In this document: in pieces, positions 29,701-38,665 of the stretch
How positions within the stretch are numbered: position 1 is the stretch's first letter
Layout of the letters: every line of letters begins with the position of its first letter
Assembly: GCA_903910585.1 (NCBI GenBank)
Contig: CAIWAH010000109.1
Location: 6,511 to 70,510 of the forward strand
Direction of reading: 5' to 3'
DNA length: 64,000 nt
DNA from: an uncultured Verrucomicrobiota bacterium
Lineage (GTDB): Bacteria; Verrucomicrobiota; Verrucomicrobiia; Limisphaerales; UBA9464
The notes under the pieces: model-generated
Told to the model about the DNA's origin: nothing
Database searches by the model: none
What the model saw: only the letters and a program-made list of their open reading frames with translations
Program-made: the position numbers and the translations under genes

Positions 29701-30224
29701 GCGGTCAGCACCTGGAAACCGTCGTCGTTGTTCACGTCGGTGCGGTCGGCCCCGGCATTCACGCCGAAGGTGTAGGTGCCGGGCGCCAGCTCCAGGAAAG
29801 TGACCGCCTCGACCACGAAGTTGTCCGTGTGCTCGCCGGTTCCGGGAATCCCGGGGAAAAACTCCGGGAAAAACGAGGCGATGACATTGCCGTCCGCATC
29901 GGACACGTCCACCTGGGCGCCTTCGCGCTCAAAGTTGAGGCCGTCCTTGGCCCAGACCGAGCCGGAATCGGGCGGGAACGCCTGATTGGGCACGGCCACA
30001 CCGTTCGTGTCGGTCAACGTTCCATTCAGCTGGCGCAAGGCCCGGAGAATGTTGTTGGCGAGCGCCGGCTCAGCCGGGCCCTGGAGGGTCCGCACGGCAA
30101 AGCCGCGGGTGCTGGAGGATCCCAACGGCAACGCTGCGGATGCCGGGAGGGAGTTGGTCGCAGCCTGAAGCTGCAGGGCAAGCGCCGCAGAAACGCCCGC
30201 CATAAGGAAGGGGGATACCTTCAT
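26742..30224 (-). CDS. Secreted 1160-aa protein: PA14-like N-terminal domain + three tandem LamG/concanavalin-like modules
   Basis: Signal peptide MKVSPFLMAGVSAALALQLQAA. PA14-like region: TFLELAPGTYTFGVNAGADR...GLYPVRLVYWQTGLGANLQLY. Three ~237-240-aa repeats each contain DDGDLFWQGSNFGQGGGGYNG.GTFTAG.WHRV.AAY...KYVDGI.QD.WTANQSLDN.RR. Confidence 0.85.
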   Translation of the reverse strand: MKVSPFLMAGVSAALALQLQAATNSLPASAALPLGSSSTRGFAVRTLQGPAEPALANNILRALRQLNGTLTDTNGVAVPNQAFPPDSGSVWAKDGLNFEREGAQVDVSDADGNVIASFFPEFFPGIPGTGEHTDNFVVEAVTFLELAPGTYTFGVNAGADRTDVNNDDGFQVLTALNPRDFFATKLGEFERNAATKPFVGNQRNESTFTLVVSQAGLYPVRLVYWQTGLGANLQLYTIVADTGERILVNDPNDARAVKAYRNNATAGTDGPYVGEVSPAGGSDGNSAAAPIEAVIVDGAATVATSAVKLYLNGTAVVPQKLAKNGGVLSLAYSPNASRTTKDNLVRLEYTDSTGVSRTNSWSFGIITTGGSATTVAGQWDFDAGNLNATVGQPLAYFTAAAQTGTKFGTTGAGDLAAVPNIGGVAAKVMEVPGDVTRDIGYVMTHGIAPNGGGTRVNQYTLIMDVLVDTSGPGAASLWQTSSASNTDDGDLFWQGSNFGQGGGGYNGRGTFTAGEWHRVVAAYDMAANPPVVTKYVDGIKQDDWTANQSLDNARRSLAATAILFADGDQDERRKMWVNSVQIRSGKISDAEAFALGGPSAAGIPQSIPQSNVTGMWDFNYGDLGASIGAPLTYLDGAEGLTKTGTVFGSTGDENLVEVPGINGQPAKVMKVPGDLDRNIGYVMTHRIAPNGGGSRVNQYTLVMDVYVETSGPGAASLWQTSSAGNTDDGDLFWQGSNFGQGGGGYNGRGTFTAGAWHRVVAAYDMAATPPVVVKYVDGIKQDEWTANQSLDNTRRSLADTAILFGDGDQDERRVMYVNAVQIRSGRLSDAQIVALGGPDAAGIPVVLQSSTVKGQWDFEFGDLGATIGAPLAYLDGAAGTTKTGTVFGAAGEGDFAEVPKIDDQAVKIMKVPGDLDRNVGYLMTHRISPNGGGTLVNQYTVIFDILVDTSGPGAASLLQISSKGNTDDGDLFWQGSNFGQGGGGYNGTGAFTAGEWHRVAAAYNMAATPPVVTKYVDGIFQDDWTANQSLDNPRRALQDVAILFGDGDQDERRVMYVSSIQIREGALSKPELESLGKPTATGIPVFLSVAPPVIEGPTVVTTVPAGLGGSPLTNASVNTATKTITADIPADGTQGYLTITPAVVITGSKIENGKLVITYQ
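26960..29102 (-). repeat. Intragenic tandem repeat, 3 units of ~711-720 bp
   Basis: Repeat units start at about aa 375, 612 and 852. An 80-nt stretch is identical at 27964-28043 and 28684-28763, exactly 720 bp apart. A 57-nt core of that stretch recurs near 27267. Confidence 0.85.
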
Positions 30225-30392
30225 AAGAGGGCGACAGTGAACCCCAGCCGCCAGCCCGGTGTCGAGTCGCCGTTAAGGGGCAGGGCAACAGGAATTTGCC
30301 GGCTTCTGTCCCGGCATCTCGAACAGGATTCATGGCCCCGGAAAAAACGCTTTGCCCCGCGGAGCGACCTGCCTAGGTTCCGCGCGCTTCGT

Positions 30393-30466
30393 TGGCCGAT
30401 GGTGTAACGGCAGCACAGGTGACTTTGACTCACCTAGTCATGGTTCGAATCCATGTCGGCCAGCCA
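30393..30466 (+). tRNA. tRNA-Gln (anticodon TTG), CCA encoded
   Basis: Manual cloverleaf. Acceptor stem: TGGCCGA/TCGGCCA. D stem: GTGT/GCAC. Anticodon stem GGTGA/TCACC with loop CTTTGAC. T arm: CATGG-TTCGAAT-CCATG. Discriminator G followed by CCA. Confidence 0.9.
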
Positions 30467-30493
30467 GCTTCCCAGCCCGCCCCAGCCCCCGAC

Positions 30494-31717
30494 TCAGCGG
30501 GCACGCCGATTCCGGAGCCCGGCTTCCAAGGCGGCAAGTTCCTGCTCCGCCACCGCCCGATAGTCATACCGTTCCACAAACGCCCGTCCCCGCACCGCCT
30601 GTGCCCGGGCGGCTTCCGGATGCTCCAGCCAGTGCAGCACCCGGGCGGCGGCCGCCGCGGCGTCGCCCTGATCCACGAGGTCCAGTTGCCCCGGAAACAC
30701 CTGGTCAAACACCGGCAGCCGCATCGCTACCACGGGCAATCCGAACGCCAGATACTCGGTGACCGACAGGCCCCAGCCCTCCTCGCGCGACAGGCTCAGC
30801 CCGACCCGGCACTGCGGGAGCAGGGCATCCTTTTCCGCGTCCGGTATGCCGCCGGTGAAGGTCACCGCACCCGTTTCCTGCCCCATGCCGGCCGCGGCAA
30901 ACCGGCGTTGCAATTCAGCCCGGTGAGCCCCTTCCCCGATGACCAGCAGTTTGGCCTCCGGTCGTCGGGCCCGCACCGCGCGCCACAGCTCCGGGGCATC
31001 GAACACGCCCTTGTGTTCATGCACCCGGCCGAGCAGCACGGCATCAAAGCGTTTCGGCGCATCCGGAGAGAAAGCCAGCTTCTGAAGATCCAGCCCGTAA
31101 CCGATGGTCACCGGCTGCCGAGGCTCCAGGCCGAGGCGGCGCTGCAGTTCGAGGAAATCCGCGGTGATGGGTGGCGTGCTGGTGATGATGACGTCCGCGT
31201 GCCGGTGCAGCAGGCGGGTGCTGCGCCGTTCGGCGATGAGGTAAAGATGGTCAAACAGCCCCTTGGGCGGACGTTGGGTGGCCAGCACATGATGCACTTT
31301 CACCGCCAAGGCCGCCCGCAGACGCCGCGCCAACACCAATGCCGGATAGGTCTCAAAAATCGCCTGACTGGACGCATAGACGACGTCGTAACCGCCGGGC
31401 ACGCCCGAAAAATGACAGGTCGTCATCCGCCACGCGTAGGCGGGAAAGTTTCTCCAAGTCTGCGCCAGTTTGCCGGTCGCATCGAACCGGTTGTCGCTGC
31501 TGATCAGCGCGGACTGCGGGTAAAGTTCCCCGAACACCGGCCAGGCCGCCCGCGCCACCAGGAAGTCCACCGTATGCCCCGACCGAATCCAGTCCGCGGT
31601 CACGCCCGCGAAATGCCGCTGCACTCCCGACACGGAGCGGGCGTCATTGACGGTGTTGTAAACGATCAGGATGCGCACAGCGGAATGAACGTCGCCGGCC
31701 GGAGTGCCGGGCGGCAA
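30494..31717 (-). CDS. Glycosyltransferase, GT4 (GT-B) family
   Basis: C-terminal domain motif LSREEGWGLSVTEYLAFGLPVVAMRLPVF (the E-x7-E type). N-terminal ILIVYNTVNDARSVSGVQRHF. Confidence 0.8.
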   Translation of the reverse strand: MPPGTPAGDVHSAVRILIVYNTVNDARSVSGVQRHFAGVTADWIRSGHTVDFLVARAAWPVFGELYPQSALISSDNRFDATGKLAQTWRNFPAYAWRMTTCHFSGVPGGYDVVYASSQAIFETYPALVLARRLRAALAVKVHHVLATQRPPKGLFDHLYLIAERRSTRLLHRHADVIITSTPPITADFLELQRRLGLEPRQPVTIGYGLDLQKLAFSPDAPKRFDAVLLGRVHEHKGVFDAPELWRAVRARRPEAKLLVIGEGAHRAELQRRFAAAGMGQETGAVTFTGGIPDAEKDALLPQCRVGLSLSREEGWGLSVTEYLAFGLPVVAMRLPVFDQVFPGQLDLVDQGDAAAAAARVLHWLEHPEAARAQAVRGRAFVERYDYRAVAEQELAALEAGLRNRRAR

Positions 31718-31799
31718 GGGCTGAAAACCTACCGGTCATGGATCGCCCACTTTGGCATCCGGCTTGGAATCCGGCGCGCGTTTCCCCAACCTTTCCCCG

Positions 31800-32396
31800 A
31801 TGAACGTCCCGTCCGCCCCGCCCGAACCCCGCCGGCTCAACGTCGGCTGCGGCCTCGATATCCGCCCCGGCTGGGTCAACCTCGACGTGGTGGACTACGG
31901 CGGGAACACGATCACGGACCTGAACCGGTATCCCTGGCCATTTCCGGACAATCACTTCGACGAGGTGTATGCAAGCCACATCCTGGAACACCTGCCGAAC
32001 TTCAACGCGGTGGTTACCGAGCTCTGGCGCATCTCGAAGCCGGGAGCCCTGTTCACGGTGAAGGTGCCTTTTTTCCTGAGCACCAAGTATTTCTCGGAAC
32101 CTGACCACCGGACCCCGTTCGGCATCCGCTCGTTCGACAACTACGAGGACGTCACCGGCCGCGAGCTGAAGTTCTACGAGCAGTGGAAGCTGGGGCACCG
32201 GACCAATTACAACTCACCGGCGCGGTTCCGGGTGGAGGAGAAGCGCTTTCACATGTCGAACTTCGCCGCGCTGCGCTGGCTGAATGCGGTGATCAACCTG
32301 GAACCCGTGATCTACGAGCGGTTCTTCGCCACCTGGCTCACGCCGGAGGAGGTGTGGTTCCGCCTGCGTGTGTCCAAGCCGGAGGTGAAGGCGTGA
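31800..32396 (+). CDS. Class I SAM-dependent methyltransferase
   Basis: ATG at 31800 (MNVPSAPPEPRRLNVGCGLDIRPGWVNLD). DEVYASHILEHL...ELWRISKPGALF is Methyltransf_11/23-like. Confidence 0.75.
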   Translation: MNVPSAPPEPRRLNVGCGLDIRPGWVNLDVVDYGGNTITDLNRYPWPFPDNHFDEVYASHILEHLPNFNAVVTELWRISKPGALFTVKVPFFLSTKYFSEPDHRTPFGIRSFDNYEDVTGRELKFYEQWKLGHRTNYNSPARFRVEEKRFHMSNFAALRWLNAVINLEPVIYERFFATWLTPEEVWFRLRVSKPEVKA

Positions 32397-33094
32397 TCCT
32401 GCACAGGTTGCTCTGGCGTTTTGCCCGCCATCGGGACGATGCGGAATTCTACCGGCTCCAGGCCGAGGACGCCGTCCGCTGGCTGCGTGCCGCTGGCGTG
32501 GCGATCGGGCCCGGCTTCCGGGCCTTGGACGTGGGCTGCGGCCACGGAGTCTTCGGCGGGCTGCTGAAAAGCGCCGGCTGCACGGTGACGTTTGCCGACG
32601 AGCAGAACTACCTCCTGCCCGAACACCGGACGGCCCCGTTTCTGCCGATCAACCTGGATTCCGAACCGGTGGACAAACTGGGACGCCATGACCTCGTCGT
32701 GTGCTCCAACGTGCTCGAACATCTTGCGCGCCCGACGGATTTCCTCCGGGCCGCCGATCAGCTTTTGACCGAAGGCGGCAGCCTTTATCTGAGCTGGACC
32801 AACTGGCTTTCGCCCTGGGGCGGACACGAATTTTCCCCGTGGCATTACCTGGGCACGGAACTCGGTCCGGCAATCTACGACCACCTGAGCAAGCGTCCAC
32901 GTTTCCACTATCCCGGCCGCAATCTTTTCCCGACCTACGTCGGCGACATCCTCGCCACGATCGAGGAGGAAACACCGCTGAAAGTGCGTGCCATGGCGCC
33001 TCGCTACTACACGGAACTGGCTCCCCTGATGACGCTGCCGCTGATCCGCGAGTTCCTCGCCTGGAACTGCGCGCTGCTGCTCACGCGCCGGTAA
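32393..33094 (+). CDS. Class I SAM-dependent methyltransferase
   Basis: GTG at 32393 overlaps the upstream stop (GTGA). Motif I: ALDVGCGHGVFGG. Also DLVVCSNVLEHL...LLTEGGSLYLSW. The upstream part of the track ORF overlaps the previous gene. Confidence 0.72.
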   Translation: MILHRLLWRFARHRDDAEFYRLQAEDAVRWLRAAGVAIGPGFRALDVGCGHGVFGGLLKSAGCTVTFADEQNYLLPEHRTAPFLPINLDSEPVDKLGRHDLVVCSNVLEHLARPTDFLRAADQLLTEGGSLYLSWTNWLSPWGGHEFSPWHYLGTELGPAIYDHLSKRPRFHYPGRNLFPTYVGDILATIEEETPLKVRAMAPRYYTELAPLMTLPLIREFLAWNCALLLTRR

Positions 33095-33152
33095 GCGTTC
33101 CCGCGAGATTCCGGTTGCCTTGGCGGGACAGTTTACGAATGTCGGCATCCGC

Positions 33153-35111
33153 ATGACTCCGCTCCCGACTTCCGGCCGCCTGCTCCGGGCCATCGGCACC
33201 CTGCTCGGTTCATCCGCGCTCGCATGCACTCCGATCGCAGCCGCCGCGGTGACCAACCTGCTGAACGTCCAATTCGGAGTGGACAGCTCGACTCCCAAGG
33301 TGGGCGCCGCCGCCGTCGGCATGTCCGCAGGCGACATCTGGAATCTCTACAGCCGGGACGACGGCCAGGGCGGGTTCCGCCCGACGGGGATTCTCACCAA
33401 TCTGGTGTGGGCCGACGGCACGCCCATCCCGGCATCCCTGCAGGTGGACAACGCCCCGGGTGCGTGGGGCAACGAACATCCGGACCCGATGTTCGGCGTG
33501 TATCTGTATCCGTTCAACGGGGGCCCCATCACCCTCACCCTTTCGAGCCTGCCTCCGGGAACCTACGACCTCTACGCCTACGGGCACGGCGGTCCGCCGG
33601 ATGTCCAAAACACGCTGTTCGAGGTCCGCTCCGGCGGAATCAGTTTCGGCGCCAAACGGACCTCGACCCGGCCGGGCTGGAGCTCCACGAACTGGCAGGA
33701 AAACGTTCAGTATGCCCGTTTCGAATCGGTCGCCGTTTTCGCCGGCCATCCGCTCCTCATCCTGTCCAAGCCGGACGCGATTCCCCAGGCCGTCATCAAC
33801 GGCCTGCAGCTGGTCCGGGTGAACGACACGCCCGTGGGAACCCCGGTTGAACCGCCCGTGGAACCTCCCGCCACCAACCAACCGCCCGTGGTGACGAATC
33901 AGCCGCCGGTCATCGCTGGCCAGGTGGCCGGTCTGTTGAACGTCCAGTTCGGCACCGACGGTTCGGCCCTAAAAGTCGGTCCGGCAGCAATCGGTCAGAG
34001 CCCGGAGGACTTCTGGAACCGCTACAGCCGCGATGACGGTGGCGGCGGATTCAAGCCAATCGGATCTCTGGCTCCGCTCTACTGGGCCAATGGCCAGCCA
34101 AGCGGCGCCGGCCTGACGATTGAAAATGCGCCCGGGGCCTGGCCCAACGGCAACCCGGACCCGATGTTCGGCATCTTCCTCTACCCGCTCTCTGCCAACC
34201 CGGTGGTCACGGTCACCGTCACCAACCTGCCGGCCGGAATCTACAGCGTCTATGCCTATGGCCACGGCGGACCGCCGGACAATCACAACACGGTGTTCGA
34301 ACTGCTCGCGGGCGGAGTCTCCCTCGGCGACCGGGTGACGCCTTCCGTTCCCGGCTGGAACACCACCAACTGGACCGAAGGGCAGCAGTTCGTGCTCTAC
34401 ACCAATGTGCCGGTCGAGGCGGATTCCCCGCTGGTGCTGCTTGCCAAGCCGGGAACGTATTCCTTCGGCATGATCAACGGCCTGCAGCTCCGGCAGGAAG
34501 CGCCGCTGGGGATCCGCGTCGCGCCCGAAGGCGGCCTCTTCACCAACTCCGTCGTCGTCCGGCTGCTCGGGGGCGGCATCGGCCGCGAGATCCGTTACAC
34601 GCTCGACGGCTCCGCCCCCGGAGCCAACTCCCTACTCTATCGGAAGCCTTTCGGTCTCAGTGCCGCCGCGGTGATCAAAGCCCAGGCCTTCAGCGACGGC
34701 GTGGCGGCGGGAGACATCGTCACCGCGTCCTTCCAGAGGGTCTATGCGCTCGGTGACGGCATCAGCGCCGAATGGCGGCGGCAACATTTTGGTGATGGCT
34801 ACCTCACCGATCCCCGGGTGGAAGCCGAAGCGGACCCGGACGGCGACGGGGCGACCAACCTGCAGGAGTTCGTGGCGGGCAGCAGCCCGGTGGATGCCTT
34901 GTCGGGGTTCCTCGTGAAAACCCGGCTGGTGCCTTCGATCTCCTGGCGAAGCGAACCCGGAAAAACCTATCGCATACTCCGCAAGGCCCAGCTGGCCGAC
35001 TCCGATTGGACGTTGGTCAAGGAAGTCACCGCATCCGGGCCATTCTCCCGCTACACGGATGAGGACGTCGAGAACACCGACTCGTTTTACACTGTGGAGC
35101 CCGTCCGGTAG
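33153..35111 (+). CDS. Secreted protein with a duplicated ~210-aa domain of unknown family, a chitobiase-C/FN3-associated-like module and a TSP3-like DPDGDG motif
   Basis: ATG at 33153 (MTPLPTSGRLLRAIGTLLGSSALA). Two copies of NLLNVQFG...GDIWN.YSRDDG.GGF.P...NAPGAW.N..PDPMFG.(Y/F)LYP...YAYGHGGPPD..NT.FE...INGLQL. Then IRYTLDGSAPGANSLLY and EADPDGDGATNLQEF. Confidence 0.78.
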   Translation: MTPLPTSGRLLRAIGTLLGSSALACTPIAAAAVTNLLNVQFGVDSSTPKVGAAAVGMSAGDIWNLYSRDDGQGGFRPTGILTNLVWADGTPIPASLQVDNAPGAWGNEHPDPMFGVYLYPFNGGPITLTLSSLPPGTYDLYAYGHGGPPDVQNTLFEVRSGGISFGAKRTSTRPGWSSTNWQENVQYARFESVAVFAGHPLLILSKPDAIPQAVINGLQLVRVNDTPVGTPVEPPVEPPATNQPPVVTNQPPVIAGQVAGLLNVQFGTDGSALKVGPAAIGQSPEDFWNRYSRDDGGGGFKPIGSLAPLYWANGQPSGAGLTIENAPGAWPNGNPDPMFGIFLYPLSANPVVTVTVTNLPAGIYSVYAYGHGGPPDNHNTVFELLAGGVSLGDRVTPSVPGWNTTNWTEGQQFVLYTNVPVEADSPLVLLAKPGTYSFGMINGLQLRQEAPLGIRVAPEGGLFTNSVVVRLLGGGIGREIRYTLDGSAPGANSLLYRKPFGLSAAAVIKAQAFSDGVAAGDIVTASFQRVYALGDGISAEWRRQHFGDGYLTDPRVEAEADPDGDGATNLQEFVAGSSPVDALSGFLVKTRLVPSISWRSEPGKTYRILRKAQLADSDWTLVKEVTASGPFSRYTDEDVENTDSFYTVEPVR

Positions 35112-35127
35112 TTCGGCAAACCAAACG

Positions 35128-35156
35128 AAAGGCGCGGACGGAACGTCCGCGCCTTT
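35128..35156. terminator. Bidirectional hairpin terminator
   Basis: aaaggcgcggacg-gaa-cgtccgcgccttt. T-rich runs follow in both orientations (tttgtcgttttc and tttcgtttggttt). Confidence 0.75.
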
Positions 35157-35217
35157 GTCGTTTTCATCCGGCAGTGGGGAACTTTTGCCCACCGGCAAAT
35201 CCGGCCCCAGGACCGGC

Positions 35218-36839
35218 TCAGCGGACGTTCGCGCCCATCGCGAGCAGGAACATGATGTTGTTCGGCGTCTTCTTGAGCTTGCCGAGCAGCAGTTCCATGC
35301 CTTCCACGGGCGGCACACCGACCAGCGCCCGGCGCAGCACCGAGATGCGCGGGTATTCGTCGGGATGGTAGAGCAGCTCCTCCTTGCGGGTGCCGGAGCG
35401 CTCGATGTTGACCGAGGGGAAGATGCGGCGGTCCACCAGCGAACGGTCGAGGTGGATCTCCATGTTGCCCGTGCCCTTGAACTCCTCGAAAATCACCTCG
35501 TCCATCCGGCTGCCGGTATCAATCAGCGCCGTGGCCATGATCGTCAGGGAGCCGCCTTCCTCGATGTTGCGGGCGGCGCCGAAGAAGCGCTTGGGCTTGT
35601 GCAGCGCGTTGGCATCCACGCCGCCGGACAGGATCTTGCCGGAATGGGGCTGGACCGTGTTGTAGGCACGGGCCAGGCGGGTGATCGAGTCGAGCAGGAT
35701 GACGACATCCTTCTTGTGCTCGACCATGCGCCGGGCCTTTTCGATGACCATTTCGGCCACCTGCACATGCCGCTCGGGCGGCTCGTCGAAGGTCGAGCTG
35801 ACGACTTCCGCCCCGCGGCAGGAACGCTCCATGTCGGTGACCTCCTCGGGGCGCTCGTCAATCAGCAGGATGATGAGGTGGCTCTCCGGGTTGTTCTTCA
35901 GGACGGCGTTGGCCAGCTTCTGCATCAGCACGGTCTTGCCCGTGCGCGGCGGCGCGACGATCAGGCCGCGGGTGCCCTTGCCGATGGGGCAGACGATGTC
36001 CACCACGCGGGTGCTCAGCTCGTCGGGCGTCGTCTCGAGGATGAACCGCTTGTTCGGGAACAGCGGCGTGAGGTTCTCGAAGTGGGTCTTCTCCTTCGCG
36101 ATGTCCGGATCCACGCCGGCGACCTTTTCGACGCGCAGGAGGGCATAAAACTTCTCCTTGTCCTTGGGCGGGCGGACCTGGCCCTCAATGTCATCGCCGG
36201 TCTGGAGATCGAACCGGCGGATCTGCGACGGCGAGACGTAGATGTCTTCCGGACACGGCAGATAGTTGAACGCCGGCGAGCGCAGGAAGCCGAAGCCCTC
36301 CTTCATCACCTCAAGCGTGCCGCGGATGAAGATCTGGCCGCCTGCCTTCAAGTTGCGCTGCACGATCTGGAACAGGATTTCCTGCCGCTTGAGCGTGCCG
36401 TAGTTCTCGATGCCGAAGTCCTTGGCGATCTCCGCCAACTGCGTGATCGGCATCGGCTGCAGGTCATGCAGGTTGAGCGAGCGCGGCTTGACGATGAATT
36501 CCGGCTTCGGCGGCTCGATCACCTCATCCTCCGGCTGCGGTTCCGGATCAGGTTCGGGCGGACGTTGCCGGCGGACCACCGGGGCCGGTTCCGGCTCGGG
36601 TTCGGGCGCCGGCTCGGGCGTCGGGCGCAGTGAAAATTCTTCCGGCTCGTCCGCGTGCACCGGGGAGACCGGGGCCGAGGCTTCGTTTTCCGGTGCCTCG
36701 GCGACCGGGGTGATGATTTCGGCCGGTTCGGCCGCCATCGGAGCGGCTTCGGATTCGACGATCTCAGGCGCGGCCTTGGCGGCCTTCTTTTTGGCCGTTT
36801 TTTTCTTGGGAGCCGCGGGATCTTTGGGAGCGCGTGCCA
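35218..36839 (-). CDS. rho: Transcription termination factor Rho with a ~130-aa low-complexity N-terminal extension
   Basis: Canonical Rho begins at [28 protein letters not shown]-binding region: [14 protein letters not shown]. Walker A: [19 protein letters not shown]. Start taken as the ATG at 36839 ([14 protein letters not shown]); the GTG at 36864 is the ORF-track alternative. Confidence 0.92.
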
Positions 36840-37083
36840 TAGTCAAAAGCTGATTGAGCGACACGCCGGAAAGGCCCGAATTCCTGACAATGGAAAGCGC
36901 CGTTGCGCATCAAAAACACCAGGGGAGAGAAGTCGGCGTTTTCGTGGGGAAGTCCCGGACGTGCTGCGGCGTCAACATGGCGGGGAAGCGTCCATGTGCA
37001 AGGCCGATTTTCGCGGAAGTGACCGCCGGCTGCACAAGTTCGTCTGGCTTCCGCCGCCGACCGTGGCAGAACCTCCGCCCGAC

Positions 37084-38508
37084 ATGGAATACGAAGCGGT
37101 CATCGGCCTCGAAACGCACGTCCAGCTCAAGACGAAGTCGAAGATGTGGTGCGGCTGCGCCAACGCGTTCGGCTCCGAGCCCAACACCAACGTCTGCCCG
37201 GTCTGCTTGGGCATGCCCGGCGTGCTTCCCGTCGCCAACGCCGAGGCCATGCGCCTCACGGTGCTCACCGGCTACCTGCTGAATTGCGAGATCCCCCGCT
37301 TCGCGAAGTTCGACCGCAAAAACTACTTCTATCCGGATTCCGCGAAGAACTACCAGGTCACCCAATACGACCGGCCCAGCACCGCCAACGGTTCGGTCGA
37401 GTTCGAGTTCGAGGGCCAGCTCGCCCGTGTGCGCATCACCCGCGCGCACCTCGAGGAGGACGTCGGCAAGAACAACCACTTCGACCGGCACAGCGGCGTG
37501 GACTTCAACCGCGCCGGCGTGCCGTTGCTGGAGATCGTTTCCGAGCCCGACCTGCGCGGCCCCGAACACGCTTACACCTATCTCAAGGCGCTCACCGACA
37601 TCCTCGTGCGCGGCGGCATCAGCGATTGCGACATGGAAAAGGGCATGGTCCGCTGCGACGTGAACGTGTCCGTGCGTCCCAAGGGCAGCGACACGCTGGG
37701 CGCGAAAATCGAGATCAAGAACATGAACTCGTTCTCCGGCGTGCGGCGGGCGCTGGAATACGAGATTCCGCGCCAGATCGAGGCCGTCGCGCGCGGCGAA
37801 AAGCTCCGGCAGGAAACCCGCCGCTGGGACGACGTCGCCGGCATCACCGAGCCGATGCGTTCCAAGGAGGACGCCCACGACTACCGCTATTTCCCGGAGC
37901 CGGACCTCATGCCCTTCTGTCCGACCGACGATTGGCTCGCCGATATCCGCGCCGCGGTTCCCGAACTGCCGCTCCAGCGCAAGCAGCGCCTCATGACCGC
38001 GTTCGGCCTGCCGGCCGGCGACGCGCAGGTGCTCACCGACAACCTGCCGCTCGGACACTTCTTCGAACAGGCCGCCGCCGGCTTCAAGAATCCCAAAGCC
38101 ATCGCCAACTGGGTCATCAACAACCTCGCCGCGAAACTTTCCGAAGCCTTCGCCGAAGTGGGCGATGTGAAGTTCGCGCCCGAGTCGCTCCGCGAACTGG
38201 TCGAGCTCGTGGACGGCGGCAAGATCAGCAGCAAGATCGCCCAGGAGGTCTTCGCCGAGATGTTCGAGAGCGGCGCGAAGCCTGGTGAGATCGTCGAGAA
38301 ACGCGGCCTCGCGCAGGTCAGCGACACCGGCGCCATCGAGAAACTCGCCGACGACGTCATCGCGGCCAATCCGGGTCCCGCGGCCGATTTCCGCGCCGGC
38401 AAGGTGGCCGCGCTCAACTTCCTCAAGGGCCAGCTCATGAAGCTGTCCAAGGGCAAGGCCAACCCCGCGCTGGCCGGCGAAATCCTCGAGAAGAAGCTGA
38501 AGGCGTAG
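37084..38508 (+). CDS. gatB: Asp-tRNA(Asn)/Glu-tRNA(Gln) amidotransferase subunit B
   Basis: ATG at 37084: MEYEAVIGLETHVQLKTKSKMWCGCANAFGSEPNTNVCPVCLGMPGVLPV. C-terminal YqeY-like tail. The upstream part of the track ORF is antisense to rho. Confidence 0.93.
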   Translation: MEYEAVIGLETHVQLKTKSKMWCGCANAFGSEPNTNVCPVCLGMPGVLPVANAEAMRLTVLTGYLLNCEIPRFAKFDRKNYFYPDSAKNYQVTQYDRPSTANGSVEFEFEGQLARVRITRAHLEEDVGKNNHFDRHSGVDFNRAGVPLLEIVSEPDLRGPEHAYTYLKALTDILVRGGISDCDMEKGMVRCDVNVSVRPKGSDTLGAKIEIKNMNSFSGVRRALEYEIPRQIEAVARGEKLRQETRRWDDVAGITEPMRSKEDAHDYRYFPEPDLMPFCPTDDWLADIRAAVPELPLQRKQRLMTAFGLPAGDAQVLTDNLPLGHFFEQAAAGFKNPKAIANWVINNLAAKLSEAFAEVGDVKFAPESLRELVELVDGGKISSKIAQEVFAEMFESGAKPGEIVEKRGLAQVSDTGAIEKLADDVIAANPGPAADFRAGKVAALNFLKGQLMKLSKGKANPALAGEILEKKLKA

Positions 38509-38665
38509 CGTTCCAGTCTGACGCGTGCGCCGGAACTCGGCCAAGCGATGGTCTGGATCGTGGCTTCACGCCGTTCGGCGAGACGACGCCGGGAACCACG
38601 GATTGAACTTGGTCGGGGCGCAGGGTGGCTGGTGTCTTGCCTGTGACCCGCTTAGGCTGCCGGCC

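Noticed and set aside
30225-35111. Possible genomic island integrated at tRNA-Gln
   Set aside because: I could find no integrase, recombinase or transposase and no recognisable tRNA 3'-end direct repeat. GC content looks like the rest of the window. I kept it only as a low-interest observation.
35059-38544. Long ORFs 35059..36633 (+) and 36910..38544 (-)
   Set aside because: They are antisense to rho and gatB respectively, both of which are confidently identified.
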